DNA from: Eledone cirrhosa
Taxonomy: Eukaryota
DNA length: 64,000 bases
Assembly (NCBI GenBank): GCA_964016885.1
Contig: OZ024742.1
Coordinates: 300,390,001-300,454,000 of the forward strand
Direction: 5' to 3'
Shown here: positions 44,550 through 57,964 of the stretch, piece after piece
Layout of the letters: each line of letters begins with the position of its first letter
Position numbering within the stretch: the stretch's first letter is position 1
Notes under the pieces: generated by a model
What the model was told of the DNA's origin: nothing
Databases searched by the model: none
The model's input: the letters and a program-made list of their open reading frames with translations, nothing else
Program-made: the position numbers and the translations under genes

Positions 44550-44960
44550 GTCACATGACGTTGTACGCAATATGACGTAAATGGCATGACATTGTTGGCG
44601 GCATGACGTTGAGGTGACATGACGTTGTAAGAGGTATGACGTTGTGAGTGACATTGTCAGCGGCATGACGTTGTAAGTAACATGTCAGTGTACGCGGCAT
44701 GACATTGCTGGTAGCATGACTTTGTGGTTGACATGACGTTGTACGCGGCATGACGTAAGCGGCATGACATTGCTGGTGGTGAGACTTTGTGGTTGACATG
44801 ACGTTGTACGCGGCATGACATAAGCGGCATGACATTGCTGGTGGCGTGACTTTGTGGTTGACATCACGTTGTAAGCGGTATGACTTTGTAGGTGACATGA
44901 CATTGTACGCGGCATGACATAAGCGACATGATATTGTGACATGACGTTGTACGCGGTTTA
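44550..44960. repeat. CATGAC-based 14-17-bp minisatellite with 65-bp higher-order unit
   Basis: ACATGACGTTGTACGCGG recurs at 44731 and 44796. Confidence 0.9.
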
Positions 44961-45142
44961 ACGTTGCTGCTAAAACAACATTCAATACTATCCACAGGAA
45001 AAACCGTCCCGTGACAAATATATAGAAAATAGCTCAGCCTTCATTTATACGTTGAAGCCGGAGGATTATTTGTGAAACGTCTCAAAACAATATTTTACTA
45101 AATGAAATCACAACAATGTCCCCCCCAAAAGATGCTAAGAAT

Positions 45143-45360
45143 AATGGTTTCTTATATAGGCACAAAGCCAGCAATTTGGGAGGAGTGGAAAGTCGATTAA
45201 ATCGATTCCAGTGCGTGACTGGTAATTTATTTTATCGACCTCGTAAGGATGAAAGGCAAAGTTAACCTCGGCGGGATTTGAACTCAGATCATAAAGGACA
45301 GTAACTCTATGCTGCAAAGCATGGCGTCCGACTCTACCGATACTGCCAATCCATCGCCCT
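45143..45360 (-). mobile_element. tRNA-derived Nin-domain SINE
   Basis: Family copy; GATGCTAAGAATAATG is repeated on both sides (TSD). Confidence 0.85.
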
Positions 45361-45869
45361 CAGGATGCTAAGAATAATGCACTTAAGAATAAACCACCCA
45401 TTAAGGTGGTTGGAGATAAGAATGACATCCAGCTATAGACACCATACCGGGGCCCAGTGGTGGAGGGTAAGCTAGTTGGTAGTGGAGGATACTCGTTCGG
45501 ATATCACTTTAACTCATATCTTTAATTACTGAACTCTAATATTATCTATTATGTAATAATAAGTCCAAGATTTTAATTAAAATTTGAACACACATTACTG
45601 TTGAGAATAATTAAATTCCAAAATAATGGGATCCGTTCTTTAATAAAATCTTTTAGTATATGGAGTTTACAAAACGATTCAACAACAGGAACTTCTAGCT
45701 GTTTTAAAGCTTCCCTTGTGTTCTATTTATCTTCATTTTAATGCTGATTTTGCCTCCCGTTGGTCTTCCCTAGTTAACATTTTTATTTTATTTTATTTTA
45801 TTTTTATTTTCATTTATCTCTGTTTGATACAAAATCGTAAGGAAAAGATTACTGCACTACGGCTTGATG

Positions 45870-46045
45870 AACACAACCACAAGGATATGGTCCGAACGTG
45901 GAAGAGCCGAACCCCTACTGTCATCGCCTCCATCTCTCTCGCCCTCCCCATCTCTCCGTATGGTGAGCAAATGGGGTCCCACGTGCTGGCCTCCCCACAG
46001 CCCCGGCGGACAGAATGGAGAAGGCGTTTCCCCGGAGGATGGTAA
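45870..46045 (+). repeat. Dispersed GC-rich repeat (homologous to 61040-61210 minus)
   Basis: TGAGCAAATGGGG...GGCGGACAGAATRGAGAAGGCGTTT shared between copies. Confidence 0.7.
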
Positions 46046-46304
46046 AAGGGATGCGCTGTTTGTCTTATCTTTTTTCCTGTTTTTCAACTCTAAGAAATAC
46101 TAAATACTTCCCCTAGTCTGTCATGACTTACTAGCTCTATACGAACGTTTGAATTGGTTAAACATATAAATGAATAAATAAATAAATAGTTAGAAACCAG
46201 TCCCTTCTTTAAAGAGGAAATTTAAAAAGGAAGAGATATCGATAAATACAGTATTTCTCAAACGCTTCAGTTTTTACTCATTCATCAGAATGAAGGGACT
46301 GTAC

Positions 46305-46800
46305 ACCATGACATCCCACATCCATCATCATCATTAACATACTATAAACACAAGCAACACCACCAACACTACCACCATCACTACTACTACTACTACTAAC
46401 AGCACCACTAGCACTTCTACCAGTACAGACAACGCCACCACCACTACCAACACCACCACCACCACCACCATTACCACCACCACCACCACCACCATTACTA
46501 CTAATACTACTACACCCATTAACAGTACAACCACCACCACCACACCCCACCACCACCAACACGACGACCACCACCACCACCACTACCGCTATCACCACCA
46601 ACGCTACACCACCGCTACCACCATCAGTTCCACCACCGTCGCCACCACCACCGCCACCGCTACCACCACCACCACCACCACCACCAACACGATGACGACG
46701 ACGACCACCACCACCACCGCTATCAATCACCACCATCGCTACTGCTACTACTACCACCACCACTACCACCACCGCTGTCACCACCACCACCACCATTACC
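46305..46800. repeat. Degenerate (ACC)n/(ACT)n trinucleotide array
   Basis: Direct reading. Confidence 0.95.
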
Positions 46801-46958
46801 TCAGCTGCTGACTAACAGACAGACAGCAAGTAGTTAAGTTTTTTGCATCATTTCTTGTTGAATCTGAAACCTAACCAAATTAGTTTGATGTTATATATAG
46901 CATTAAACCCCACTATCACCACATACATACATACATAGACTTACAAGTACACACCTAC

Positions 46959-47033
<75 letters not shown>

Positions 47034-47160
47034 GAGTGGGTGTGCGTTATGTATCTATGCATAAATAGAATGGCGGATTGAAAATGCATGTATGTATGTG
47101 TGTATGTATGTATATAAATACATGTAAACATATATATGTGATGTGTGTGTATCAATATCA

Positions 47161-47191
<31 letters not shown>

Positions 47192-47519
47192 TGTATGTAT
47201 GTATGTATGTATGTATGTATGTATGTATGTATGTATGTCTGTATATATCCTAATTAACAAGTATGAATACACGTCTAATCCCTTTTTAAGCAATGCTTCT
47301 GTTCCAACACAGACCAACACAGATTTAAATGAATCCTACTTTTCAAAAAAAAAAAAAAAGAAAATCAAATATAAATTTTTTTTAAATCAGAAGCTTGCAT
47401 AGAAAAAGGATTTATTTATATGTATGGATATATACAAGTCTACATCTGCAACACGAAATAGAAGCAACACGTACAGGACAACTATATATACATGTGCAAA
47501 ATCGAAAAATATTGAAAAT

Positions 47520-47567
<48 letters not shown>

Positions 47568-47624
47568 GCTAGCTAGCTAGCTAGCTAGCTAGATCAGGAT
47601 GCAATCAGTTTGAAACTGGTTAAA

Positions 47625-47772
47625 TCATTACTCAACAGAGTATTTGATACTTGGGGTAGTAGAGTGTGGTTATATTATAAAGAGCCGGGTCCCGTTGGCT
47701 GAGCTCATACTGTTTCAAAAGAGCTGTTAAAACGGCAAGAGCTCAGTCGTCGGCTCCCGACTCTTTATAATA
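47625..47772 (-). mobile_element. Diverged fold-back element related to the 7658 family and to 1-75
   Basis: TTACTCAACAGAGT..GATA..TGGG.TAG.AGAGTGTG shared; imperfect hairpin 47671-47772. Confidence 0.6.
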
Positions 47773-47869
47773 TATCTATCTATCTAGCTAGCTGTATAAT
47801 TTTCCAAGTGAATAAATATAAACGCGCTCGTGTGTGCATATCTATGTGTGTGTGTGCACATATGTATCC

Positions 47870-48320
47870 CTAAGCAACTGTTTTATGGGGAACTTGCGCA
47901 GGGAAAAAGAAAACAGTAAGCTGAAGAAAAGGTTCAAGGATGCATTGAAGGAGAACTTGAAAGATGTAGGAATTAATAAAAACAAAACAAAACTAGAATC
48001 TGCCTGTCAGAGGCTGGACTTCAATCTCACATAGGAGCACACAATAGGGCCCTTTCTACTGACTACAGAACATAGCAACCTGTTCACCCTTATCAATGAT
48101 ACATATGCCACATGATCTGCAAATCTGAAAATTTTCTAAAGAGACATTTCAAAGTTTAAGATCAGACAACACAGGCAGTTCAAGCTGCACCAAAACTAAT
48201 GTGCAATTTATCTGGATGGCTTTTTAAAGGTATGTCTGGTCTAAAAAGCCATATACGATCTCACGCCAGAACTGAGCATCATGTACACTGAAATGGCCAA
48301 TCTTTGTATTGAGCATAACT
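47870..48320 (+). mobile_element. Degraded RTE LINE 3' end with C2H2 remnants
   Basis: KQLFYGELAQGKR..KKRFKDALKENLK..ICKSENFLKRHF..FKGMSGLKSHIRSH. Confidence 0.8.
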
Positions 48321-48338
48321 ATTTAATTTTTCATTCTT

Positions 48339-48374
48339 TCTTCTGATGAAGGACTAGCGTCCGAAATGTTAAGA
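48339..48374 (+). ncRNA. Minimal type I hammerhead ribozyme in PLE end (48325-48460)
   Basis: UCUU-CUGAUGA-A-GGAC-uagc-GUCC-GAAAU-GUU^AAGA. Confidence 0.8.
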
Positions 48375-48454
48375 CCCTCTTCCCGCTATTTCAAGCGTTA
48401 ACCTAATATATTCCTTCTATATACTGTACCGATTGTGTTGTTATTTCTGTTTAC

Positions 48455-48507
<53 letters not shown>

Positions 48508-48523
48508 GTGGGCAATAAAAGAA

Positions 48524-48556
<33 letters not shown>

Positions 48557-48557
<1 letters not shown>

Positions 48558-48750
48558 GGGTGGTGGATTGGCAGTATTGGTAGAGGGTCTGACGCCATGC
48601 TTTGCAGCAAAGAGTTACGGCCCTTTATGGTCTGAGTTCAAATCCCGCCGAGGTTAACTTTGCCTTTCATCCTTACGGGCTCGATAAAATAAAGTACCAG
48701 TAATACACTGGGATAATTGCTGGCCTTGTGCCAAAGGTAGAAACAATTAT
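48557..48750 (+). mobile_element. tRNA-derived Nin-domain SINE (full length) in (TTA)n
   Basis: A-box TGGCAGTATTGG, B-box GAGTTCAAATCC. Confidence 0.88.
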
Positions 48751-49053
48751 TATTATTATTATTTGTGATTTTCCTCTTCCTTTAGTTTCGTTTCCATTTC
48801 TTGCCGAGTGTCTTCTCGGCACCTAGGACAGAGACCTTCATTACATACGTTGATAAACCTCAAAACTAAACACACCATTTTACACAGTTACAAGTATATC
48901 ATTTGCTTTATGTTCACATTATTTGTTTAATATCCTACTTACAACAGAATGTTATTCAATCATATGACACTGATCGATTATTTATAACTTACATAATTAT
49001 GAAATATAATGAAATAAAGTTTTGTAAAAAAATTACATAGATGATTATCATTC

Positions 49054-49720
49054 TCACAGCGATAGTGCTCTTCTCAATACATGTGCTGTACCAGTTAAAA
49101 CAATTGTTTGCTCTTCTTGCAGTGATGGTAAGCCAGGACTCATTCTTAAATAATTTTCTGTTCGTTTTTTATCATTCCTAGTGCCCCTACAATCATTAGT
49201 ATTGCAACCACCTTGAGATGGCATATTGTTTTCAATTTCAATGAGCAATTCTTTATTATTTTCTGAGCTTGTCTCTTTTTTTTTTTTTGTTGCAATATTG
49301 TGATCACATGAGATGCTCATATCAATCAATAAACATACTGTGTTATTTTTACTTTTACAATAATATCCATTCTATTAGTTTTGATGGTTCTGTATAGGAA
49401 AGCCACAAAGAATCGTTACATTTTCTCCCTTAGTTACAGCCTCAGCAGTTTTGGTTTCATAATTGTTTCTACTTTTGGCACAAGGCCATCAATTACCCAG
49501 TACATTACTGGTACTTTATTTTATCGACCCCGTAAGGATGAAAGGCAAAGTTAACCTCGGCGGGATTTGAACTCAGACCGTAAAGGGACGTAACTATGCT
49601 GGAAAGCATGGCGTCCGACCCTCTACCAATACTGCCAATCCACCGCCCTTTTGGTTTCATAATGCCGACATATTAGCCAGTATTGGCCAACTCTGTCATG
49701 CTTTGATTTATACTCTACTG
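49054..49720 (-). mobile_element. Degraded R4/Dong-like LINE 3' fragment
   Basis: LIDMSISCDHNIATK...SLQEEQTIVLTGTAHVLRRALSL*. Confidence 0.75.
49464..49648 (-). mobile_element. tRNA-derived Nin-domain SINE with 15-bp TSD
   Basis: TTTTGGTTTCATAAT on both sides. Confidence 0.9.
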
Positions 49721-49744
49721 GTGCTAAAACTTTACATTTAAGTG

Positions 49745-50305
49745 ATCCACTGTTTCAATCTCATTGCAGAATCGGCACTTTGTTATTGTACCCCGCCGTC
49801 TTTCTTTACAGAGGAAGGACAGGCAGTTTTTATCAGGCTGGTGGCCATAGTGAAAGAGGTCATTTGGTGGATGCGCCTGAAAGATTTGAAGACAAGCACT
49901 TTCTTCTTCGGCGAAGCCCTGATTAACGTTTTCAGGTTTCACCTAAAGAGAAACATCAGGGTGAAGAGGGAGATACTGTCTTCCAACGAGTTTGTTGAAA
50001 GGTGGGTAGGAGAGGCGAGCATAGTCTAAGTGAATGGGCTTGCTCTGAATATGCACCTGTAAATTGGAGAACATTTGTGAGAGGGAACTTACCCTAGCGA
50101 TCAAGGTTACCATGGCTTTTTTCGGGCCTTTTCCATGAGTGACCCTCGGAGGTATCCCCACTTTTGAGGAATTGGTTATGTTTTTATTTTAAATGTTTAT
50201 TTTTATTCTTCTACATAAACCTTTCCCTCACACAAAACACACACACTGTCCTGTACCGTCCTTATTCTCCTTTTAATGAAAGCCCTGTGTGGCTAATAAA
50301 GAAAC
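49745..50305 (+). mobile_element. L1/Tx1-like LINE 3' end
   Basis: KEVIWWMRLK...FHLKRNIRVKRE...FVERW C-terminal pattern, T-rich UTR, AATAAA. Confidence 0.55.
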
Positions 50306-50309
50306 CATT

Positions 50310-50990
50310 ATTATCCTACAACAATTCTGTCCTGATGCTAATTTCTAGCTTCTCAAGCCATGCATCCAGCCATCTACTAACTGCTCCCAGTGCGCCAGTA
50401 CCACTTCTATGTGTCCGTTTCCTCACATTTTTCTGATTTCTCTCTTCAGCTCCTGGTATTTTTCAACTTTCTCACTTTCCTTCTCATTTACCCTGTGGTC
50501 CCACAGTGAAGCACTATCTACAATACATGCCTTGTTATTCTTCTTTTCTACGACAACAATGTCAGGCTTTCTAGCCATGATAAAATGGTCACACTGGATG
50601 GTCATGTCCCACAAGATCTTATACTGTTCATTTTCAGCCCCCCTTTCCGGCTGGTGCTCACGCCATTTCTCACTTCTGATCATGTCATACTTATGACAGA
50701 GCTTCCAATGAACCAATGCTTTCTTGCCTTCTCTTTATTCTTTCTGGGCAAGCATCTTACATTCACTAATAATGTGGTTTATTGTCTCACCTTTCTCACC
50801 ACACGGTGGAGAGCTCACTGACTTGTCAATATTGAACTTGATACAGTTCGTTCTCAGTGACTGTTTTGGGGCTGCAAAAATAAGGGCTTCAGTTTCAACT
50901 TTTAAGTCACTTTTCCTAGTCTATTTCCAGTTCCTGTCTGTGTCAACTATTTGACGTACGAATTGACCAAACATTTCCTCTTTAAAAAAT
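50310..50990 (-). mobile_element. R4/Dong-like LINE CCHC-RLE fragment
   Basis: VHWKLCHKY...KILWDMTIQCDHFIMARKPDIVVVEK...EKVEKYQELKREI. Confidence 0.88.
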
Positions 50991-52164
50991 TATTTGCAAT
51001 GCTAAATCTCCTTTATACTCACCACACCGCCCTCTGTTACAGCTAGATACCCTGCCTCACTGAAATCGATGACCCAACGGTGCAGCATGGAGGTGATATA
51101 TGATGTCCAGTTTGACGACACTGGATTGCAACAACCCAGCTTCATTGTTAGATATAAATGACCTTAGTCTTCGGTTCACTGCTAGAATAGTATTGTCCGT
51201 ATTTCTGTTCTCACTGACCTTTTGTCAAGACATTATCGACAAGGTTCTCCACATTATCGCAGAATCTATGACTGTCAGGGTTTACAAGGTTGCCCATGCG
51301 ACTTGGGTTCCACTTGGCTTTCTTCCTGCAGACGTTCCATCTATCCAATGCCATCGAATGTGACCAGCAAAGAAAACATGTATCAGTCCCACATCCAAGC
51401 CCCCAGAGGCACCTGGCTGAACGCTATACCCTCGTGGTCATCTGCTACCCAACTGAGCCGCTTCTGTCTCCGTGTCAGTGTTTTCCTTAGGTCCGATCTC
51501 CGAATCTATGAGCGTAAAGCATAAGGTGTATAATGTAAACGTAAATACTATTTGATAAATTTCCTTCGTTTAAATAAATAAAATTAAACTATTACAAATA
51601 GTAAAGACAAGGTGAAGCATGATTTTGTAGTATCCCTTGAATATTTACCTCAGGAAACCCTAAATATACATCGTGACTTTACCACACGCATTCAGTTAAG
51701 AGCAATTCTAAAAACCATCTCCGTAAAATGTATATCTGTTGCCAATAATAAACAACATAGTTAAATTACATGACCCTGTTACTACCCAACCCCACCAAAA
51801 TATAAGCAGACATATCTAGAATATGTTAGAACCCCAGAACACTATCCTAAGAGAACTGTCATTCAGTTCAGATACATCTCGAACATCCAGAACATTACTA
51901 CAACGCCATTTTAAGAGTCGTGTCACCCACAATCAATTCAAACCAATCTACAACTCACCAGATCACGATTACAACAGGACAGTATTAAAATGGAACGCTA
52001 CTACAACATCATCCTAGAAACTTTACTCCTCCAATTCAATCATTTCTACAACACAGAATAATCTAGAACAGCGATCGCCAACCTTTCGGGCCTCACGGAC
52101 TGCTAAATTCATATTTTTAAATCCTGCGGGGCACTAATATAAATTAATGGTCAATACTGAATTG

Positions 52165-52420
52165 CAGACACGTGGCCTGGTAATAAGGGTGTTCGACTTA
52201 CGATCATAATGTCGTGGGTTCGATTTCTGGGTTGCGTGTTGTGCAAAACACTTCATTTCACGTTGCTCCAATATACTCAGCTGAAAATGAGCACCAGGGG
52301 TGGACTGGCATCCTGTCCAGGAGGAAGTCTTGTTCTCTCAATCGCTTCACGCCATGAAACTGGGATAAACACCAGCGAAATGAGCCTTCTAGCTTATGAC
52401 AGACTTTAGACTTTTAGACT
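52165..52420 (+). mobile_element. Second tRNA-derived SINE family (CORE-like)
   Basis: A-box TGGCCTGGTAA, B-box GGTTCGATT, CAAAACACTTCATTTCACGTTGCTCC body, (TTTAGAC) tail. Confidence 0.6.
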
Positions 52421-52554
52421 TAAGTGTACGTGTGCCATATTGTCGATAGATGATACATATGTGTAAAATTCTTTCAAGGGTGTTAGTTCTTTACTGAGGA
52501 GAAACATTTTTAGGGGATTATAAACTATATTTTAACCTAATATTATTTCTGTTT

Positions 52555-52735
52555 TTGGCAGTATTGGGAGAGAGTCGGACGCCATGCTTTGACGTATAGA
52601 GTTACGGCCCTTGCCATTCTGAGTTCAAATCCCGCCGAGGTTAACTTTGCCTTTCATCCTTACGGGGTCGATAAAATAAAGTACCAGTAATGCACTGGGT
52701 AATTGCTGGCCTTGTGCCTAACGTAGAAACAATTA
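52555..52735 (+). mobile_element. tRNA-derived Nin-domain SINE
   Basis: Family copy. Confidence 0.85.
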
Positions 52736-52759
52736 TTAATAAAAAATAAGAATTGCAAA

Positions 52760-52942
52760 TAATTGTTTCTACTTTTGGCACAAGGCCATCAATTATCCCA
52801 GTGCATTACTGGTACTTTATTTTATCGACCCCGTAAGGATGAAAGGCAAAGTCAACCTCGGCGGGATTTGAACTCAGATCGTAAAGGGACGTAACTATGC
52901 TGGAAAGCATGGTGTCTGACCCTCTACCGATACTGCCAATCC
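52760..52942 (-). mobile_element. tRNA-derived Nin-domain SINE
   Basis: Family copy, tail-to-tail with the previous one. Confidence 0.85.
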
Positions 52943-53982
52943 ATAATGTCCACATTTTTGTGGCGACCGCTGATCTAGAACACTGCTATGATATCATCCT
53001 ATGAATACTGCCCTTCAACTCAAGGTATAAATATTTATAATCTCTGAAAAAACTATATCCCTCAACCACTTCCGACAAACAAAAACAAAATCATACATAC
53101 AAATATAGGTGCAGTATCAATAACCAACCCCAGTACTAGTACCAGTCTAGTACCTGGGTCGATTCTTTCTCTAGATCACTTCCTAACTTCCCCTCTCTCA
53201 CTTTCTATCGTTCTCTGGAAGAAATCTGCTGTATTCAGACCGAGAGAGGCATAGACTCCACCAGACTTAGAATGCCTCCAAAACGCCATATACTACAACA
53301 GCGCCTCTACGATTCCACCAGGAGTTACGGGACAATATCATACCATCAATAGACAAATTGGCCCAAAACATGTGTAGAGAAGCAACAGAAGTGCTCCAAC
53401 TTAGTTCACTTTGTTCTTGCTTTTCTCTGCCGTGGTCAATACCAGAGCCAACAGACATACAGAATCATATTTAATAGAACAGAAAAATACATTTCATACA
53501 ACCACACTGCACTACTATACGATAAACCAACATATACCAGGAGCCAATAACGAACCAATGAATACGCTGTTACATAGTGGTTCGATTTGTTAGAGATAGC
53601 AGACACAAACACACTCAAACATACACACATATATATGTATTTATATATAAGGGCGGTGCCCCAGCATGGCCGCAGCCGGATGACTGGAACAGGTAAAAGA
53701 GTAAAAGAGTAATGTATATATATATATATATATATAAACATATACACGTACACACGTACACTCACATATGTATGTATTTATATATAACGATATGTATATA
53801 TGATATATATATATACACATGCACGCATACACACACACACACACATATATATATAGTAATAATAATAAATTTGAAGACTAAAATCCAAAGAGGGCTCGAT
53901 AAGGATAAATATATATCAAATATATATATATATATATAAATATATATCATAAATATATATCATATATATATATATATATATA

Positions 53983-54612
53983 AAAAGTTTGTCCTTCATC
54001 AGTGATCTTCCAACCATCATAGGCATTTCATCGCTTTAAAGACCATATACCTCCGGTTGGTGCGAGCAACGGCTAAAAAAAGTCGTTGGGACACGTAAAT
54101 AAAGGGGACGCGAGGGTAAACAAACAAAATGGTGAAGCAACAGAAAGTGAGGAAGAAGGAGACAAGTCCCAAATTTCTATGAATTTAAATTCGGTGAAAT
54201 CGTGAACGAGAGAATAAAGACCATCAAACCTGGTTGAAATGTGAGCAAGGAAGGAATTTCGCACAGGTCTAACGGGAGGAAGAAGGGGTCTGGTCTGCGA
54301 ATTCGGTAAACATAAGTTCTGTGAAATCGTAGACGAGAGAGAGAAAAAATTCCGACCAGCTTGGCCGAGCGTGCGAGAGAAAAGAATTACACACAGGTCA
54401 AACGGGAAGAAAGAGGAGGAGGAGAGGTAGTGACAGAGAATGAGTGAGTGAAGGGTGAGGAAGAGGCTAACAGAGAGAGAGACTGCTAGAAAGAGTAAAG
54501 ATACATAGAACGAAAAAGACTTGTAGCAGCAGAGGAAAAAATATGTGTAAATATGATAATAAGGGCGCTGCGAAGTTGCAAATGGGTTACATATGAAAAA
54601 AGTTTGTCCTTC
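53983..54612 (-). mobile_element. Second copy of the 998-1660 direct-repeat element
   Basis: Collinear homology; GAAGGACAAACTTTTT at both ends; the 5' end runs into the gap. Confidence 0.8.
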
Positions 54613-54811
54613 NNNNNNNNNNNNNNNNNNNNNNNNNNNNNNNNNNNNNNNNNNNNNNNNNNNNNNNNNNNNNNNNNNNNNNNNNNNNNNNNNNNNNNNN
54701 NNNNNNNNNNNNNNNNNNNNNNNNNNNNNNNNNNNNNNNNNNNNNNNNNNNNNNNNNNNNNNNNNNNNNNNNNNNNNNNNNNNNNNNNNNNNNNNNNNNN
54801 NNNNNNNNNNN
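54613..54811. other. Assembly gap
   Basis: Run of N. Confidence 1.
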
Positions 54812-55115
54812 NCTTCAACTTTCTCCTTTCGTTGTATCTTTCTTGGATAAATGTCCCAATAACACACTCCTTGTAAAGTTTACTCTTCTGCACGTGTCTG
54901 GTATTTCTTGCTTTGTCTCTGATTTTTCTCAGCGAATTGCTTTCTTTTTTCTATTCTTTCTACCTTCTGGGATGTGCTGTAATATCCTCCGTAATAATAC
55001 GAAATCTCTCAGAATTCCAAATGGTGGCTGGTGAGGGTTATGGATGTTGTTCGATGTCGTTAGTCCTCTATGTTCATTCTCCATTTCTCTTGTGCATACA
55101 TTATGTACTTATATA

Positions 55116-55273
55116 GACGCTATGCTTTGCAGCTCAGAGTTACGCCCCTTTATGATCTGAGTTCAAATACCGCCAAGGTTAACTTTGCCTTTCATCCTTA
55201 CGGGGTCGATAAAATATAGTACCAGTAATGCACTGGGTAATTGCTGGCCTTGTGCCAAAAGTAGAAACAATTA
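55116..55273 (+). mobile_element. tRNA-derived Nin-domain SINE (5' truncated)
   Basis: Family copy. Confidence 0.85.
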
Positions 55274-55279
55274 TGTACT

Positions 55280-55839
55280 TATATATATATATTAATGGCC
55301 TAAAGAGGAATGGACTCCACCAGGTTTTATTGCCCAAGACGTATATCCCTTCAACACCCTTACGACACTACCGGGAGTTAAAGTTTCATGTATTTATTTA
55401 TGTATGTATGTTCTTCTGGTTTTATAAGTTTATACATTTTTACCAATAGCGAGAGAGTCGGTCTCTAGCATAGATACAAGACTCTCTCATTGGAATTTAA
55501 ACAACAACATCAACTAGGTAGATATGTATGCATGTCTTCATGCATGTGTGTACAGGTATGGATGTGGATATTTTGAGTTATGTGTGCATATACCGTGTAT
55601 CTGTACATGTGTATATGCAATTTTTAGATACAGAATTTTTCGAATGTTTTACATATTTTTACTGTTCCATTAATGGATTGTACTTATAATTTCCTAACTA
55701 GTCGTGTTATTTCTGTTTCTGTGAAGCCCAGCTTCTCAGGATTTGTATTGAGGCAGTTACTAATATATCCCAGTTCCAATAATCTGGTATAGTCAGGGTG
55801 GAGTATCTGCAGATTTCTCATTAGTTCTGCTTTTCGCTA

Positions 55840-55842
<3 letters not shown>
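55280..55842 (-). mobile_element. R4/Dong-like LINE 3' end
   Basis: Homologous to 15000-15375. Confidence 0.75.
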
Positions 55843-55870
<28 letters not shown>

Positions 55871-55917
55871 TGTATGTATGTATGTATGTATGTATGTATG
55901 TATGTATGTATGTATGT

Positions 55918-56336
55918 CCGGGAGAGATGACCCCTTAGCCTTTGTCAAGGCAGAATTCTAGGAGAAGGAAAACTCTCATATAACACCTGCAACCCTGATG
56001 GTATCCAATGATGTTGACTTGTTCTTCTTTTTGGTAAATATCATCTTGGTTAAGAGAGTGGGACTGGCTTTGTGCAGTGCCTTTGCTCACTATAAAAGCT
56101 TCACGGCACAGGCATTGCTTTATATCTGGAGATCTCTGATCTCTCTGCACTTGTCGTCACATGGTACCATGGGCCCAGCACTATGCGTCAATAATTGTAA
56201 CAAGTATAGTGTTTGTACCAGAGTTTTCAAGTCACTGGCTGGACTAAAAAGTCACACTCGTTTAGCGCATCGGTAGGGGTTCTCCTACATGGATATAAAG
56301 TAGTGGCCGTACTCGAAAACGAGTTGGCAGCTACCA
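55918..56336 (+). mobile_element. Non-autonomous RTE derivative (5' truncated) in (TATG)n
   Basis: Family copy. Confidence 0.9.
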
Positions 56337-56411
56337 TGTATGTATCTATGCATGCATGTATGTATGTATGTATGTATGTATGTATGTATGTATGTATGTA
56401 TGTATGTATGT

Positions 56412-57017
56412 ATGTCAGGTCACCAGTTGGTGCTACTGGTAACATGTATCCCAGTACAACCTGTCTCATGGTTGGGTCGTTGGCGACTAAACTGGCAACC
56501 CCACCAAGGTTTCTTGGTGAGGAGGGTGACTTTGGACATTCTGCAGGACTAAAAACAAAACCTGTCAAAGGGCAAAGGAGCTCTTAAGAGTCAATGGCCA
56601 TCCAAAAATCACCGGGAGAGATGACCCCTTAGCCTTTGTCAAGGCAGAATTCTAGGAGAAGGAAAACTCTGATATAACACCTGCAACCCTGATGGTATCC
56701 AATGATGTTGACTTGATCTTCTTTTTGGTAAATATCATCTTGGTTAAGAGAGTGGGACTGGCTTTGTGCAGTGCCTTTGCTCACTATAAAAGCTTCACGG
56801 CACAGGCATTGCTTTATATCTGGAGATCTCCCTTCACTTGTCGTCACATGGTACCATGGGCCCAGCACTATGTATCAATAATTGTGTAGTGTTTGTACCA
56901 GAGTTTTCAAGTCGGTGGCTGGACTAAAAAGTCACACTCGTTTAGCGCATCGGTAGGGGTTCTCCTACATGGATATAAAGTAGTGGCCGTACTCGAAAAC
57001 GAGTTGGCAGCCACCAT
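56412..57017 (+). mobile_element. Non-autonomous RTE derivative (full length) in (TATG)n
   Basis: Family copy. Confidence 0.9.
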
Positions 57018-57870
57018 GTATGTATGTATGTATGTGTGTGTGTGTTTGTATGTATGTATTATGTATGTATGCATGCAGTGGCAGACTGGCCAGATTGCCA
57101 GGTTGCCCAATGGCAAGTGGGCCCCAGGGGGTCCACGGTAGCATTGCCAGAACCCACAGTAGCATTGCAGGGCCCACTGTAATATTTTAGGGACCAATGC
57201 TTTGCTCTCAAAAAATACCTGAAATCTAAGAGAAAGAATACATTTTATTTAAAATGAATAAAACAATTAAGCAAAGCATTTGGTCAACCAATTCCCCGGG
57301 GAACGTTAGTGCAAATAGCTGGAATCAGTGGTTGTACATTCTACTAAATCTAAAGCTTAGTGTATTCATTCACGCTTGCAAACATACATATATAGACATA
57401 GATACACAAGTATATATATATATATATTTGTAAGAGGCTTAACTCTGTTTCTTGACCGCTGTATGACGTGATAAGTTTCCCCTCCGCCTTTCCGGGATTC
57501 CCTCTCCCGCCTTGTGGACGTGTTTTGAAACTTTAAATGAGGTATTCTCTTGATAAGTTGGCAAACCTCACAAAAATACTGCATCTCTATGATGTAATGT
57601 TTTTGCAAAGTAGCCACGAAACTGCGCAGTCGAGAACGTAGAGGAATATTGGGTATTTATATTTTTTTTATTTATGTCTAATGTTTCTTCTTTCTTTATA
57701 ATGTATTATATAGCTCTGATATTGAGTCAATCTAATTCATTCAGATTATTTTGTCTCTATTAATCTCATAGAGCAACAACGGTTAAGGTTGGCACCACAC
57801 AAATTCAGGGATATATGTGTGTATATGCATGTATATGTATGTATTCGCATGTATCTGTGTATTTCTTTTT

Positions 57871-57911
<41 letters not shown>

Positions 57912-57964
57912 TAGAAAGTGAGGTTTTTTTTACAAAATGAAAAATAACCCTCCATCTCAATTCT

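Larger units (their letters stand above)
52069..52972. mobile_element. hAT (Charlie-like) MITE carrying three nested SINEs
   Basis: TIRs CAGCGATCGCCA / TGGCGACCGCTG, perfect TSD ATCTAGAA. Confidence 0.88.

Noticed and set aside
46255-46300. CUGAUGA on the minus strand as an HHR
   Set aside because: Followed by GAAG with poor stems; at best a decayed copy. Isolated CTGATGA/CTGACGA at ~43965, ~58481, ~60574 and ~61866 also lack matching stems.
46278-46796. Gly/Val-rich 172-aa ORF
   Set aside because: Translation of a degenerate (GGT)n array.
48557-48660. tRNA genes
   Set aside because: A/B boxes belong to SINE heads; no complete cloverleaf is visible.
51020-53590. Possible further LINE remnants (51020-51480 minus, 51800-52060, 53200-53590)
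   Set aside because: Only faint motifs such as FAGHIR; too degraded to assign without a search.
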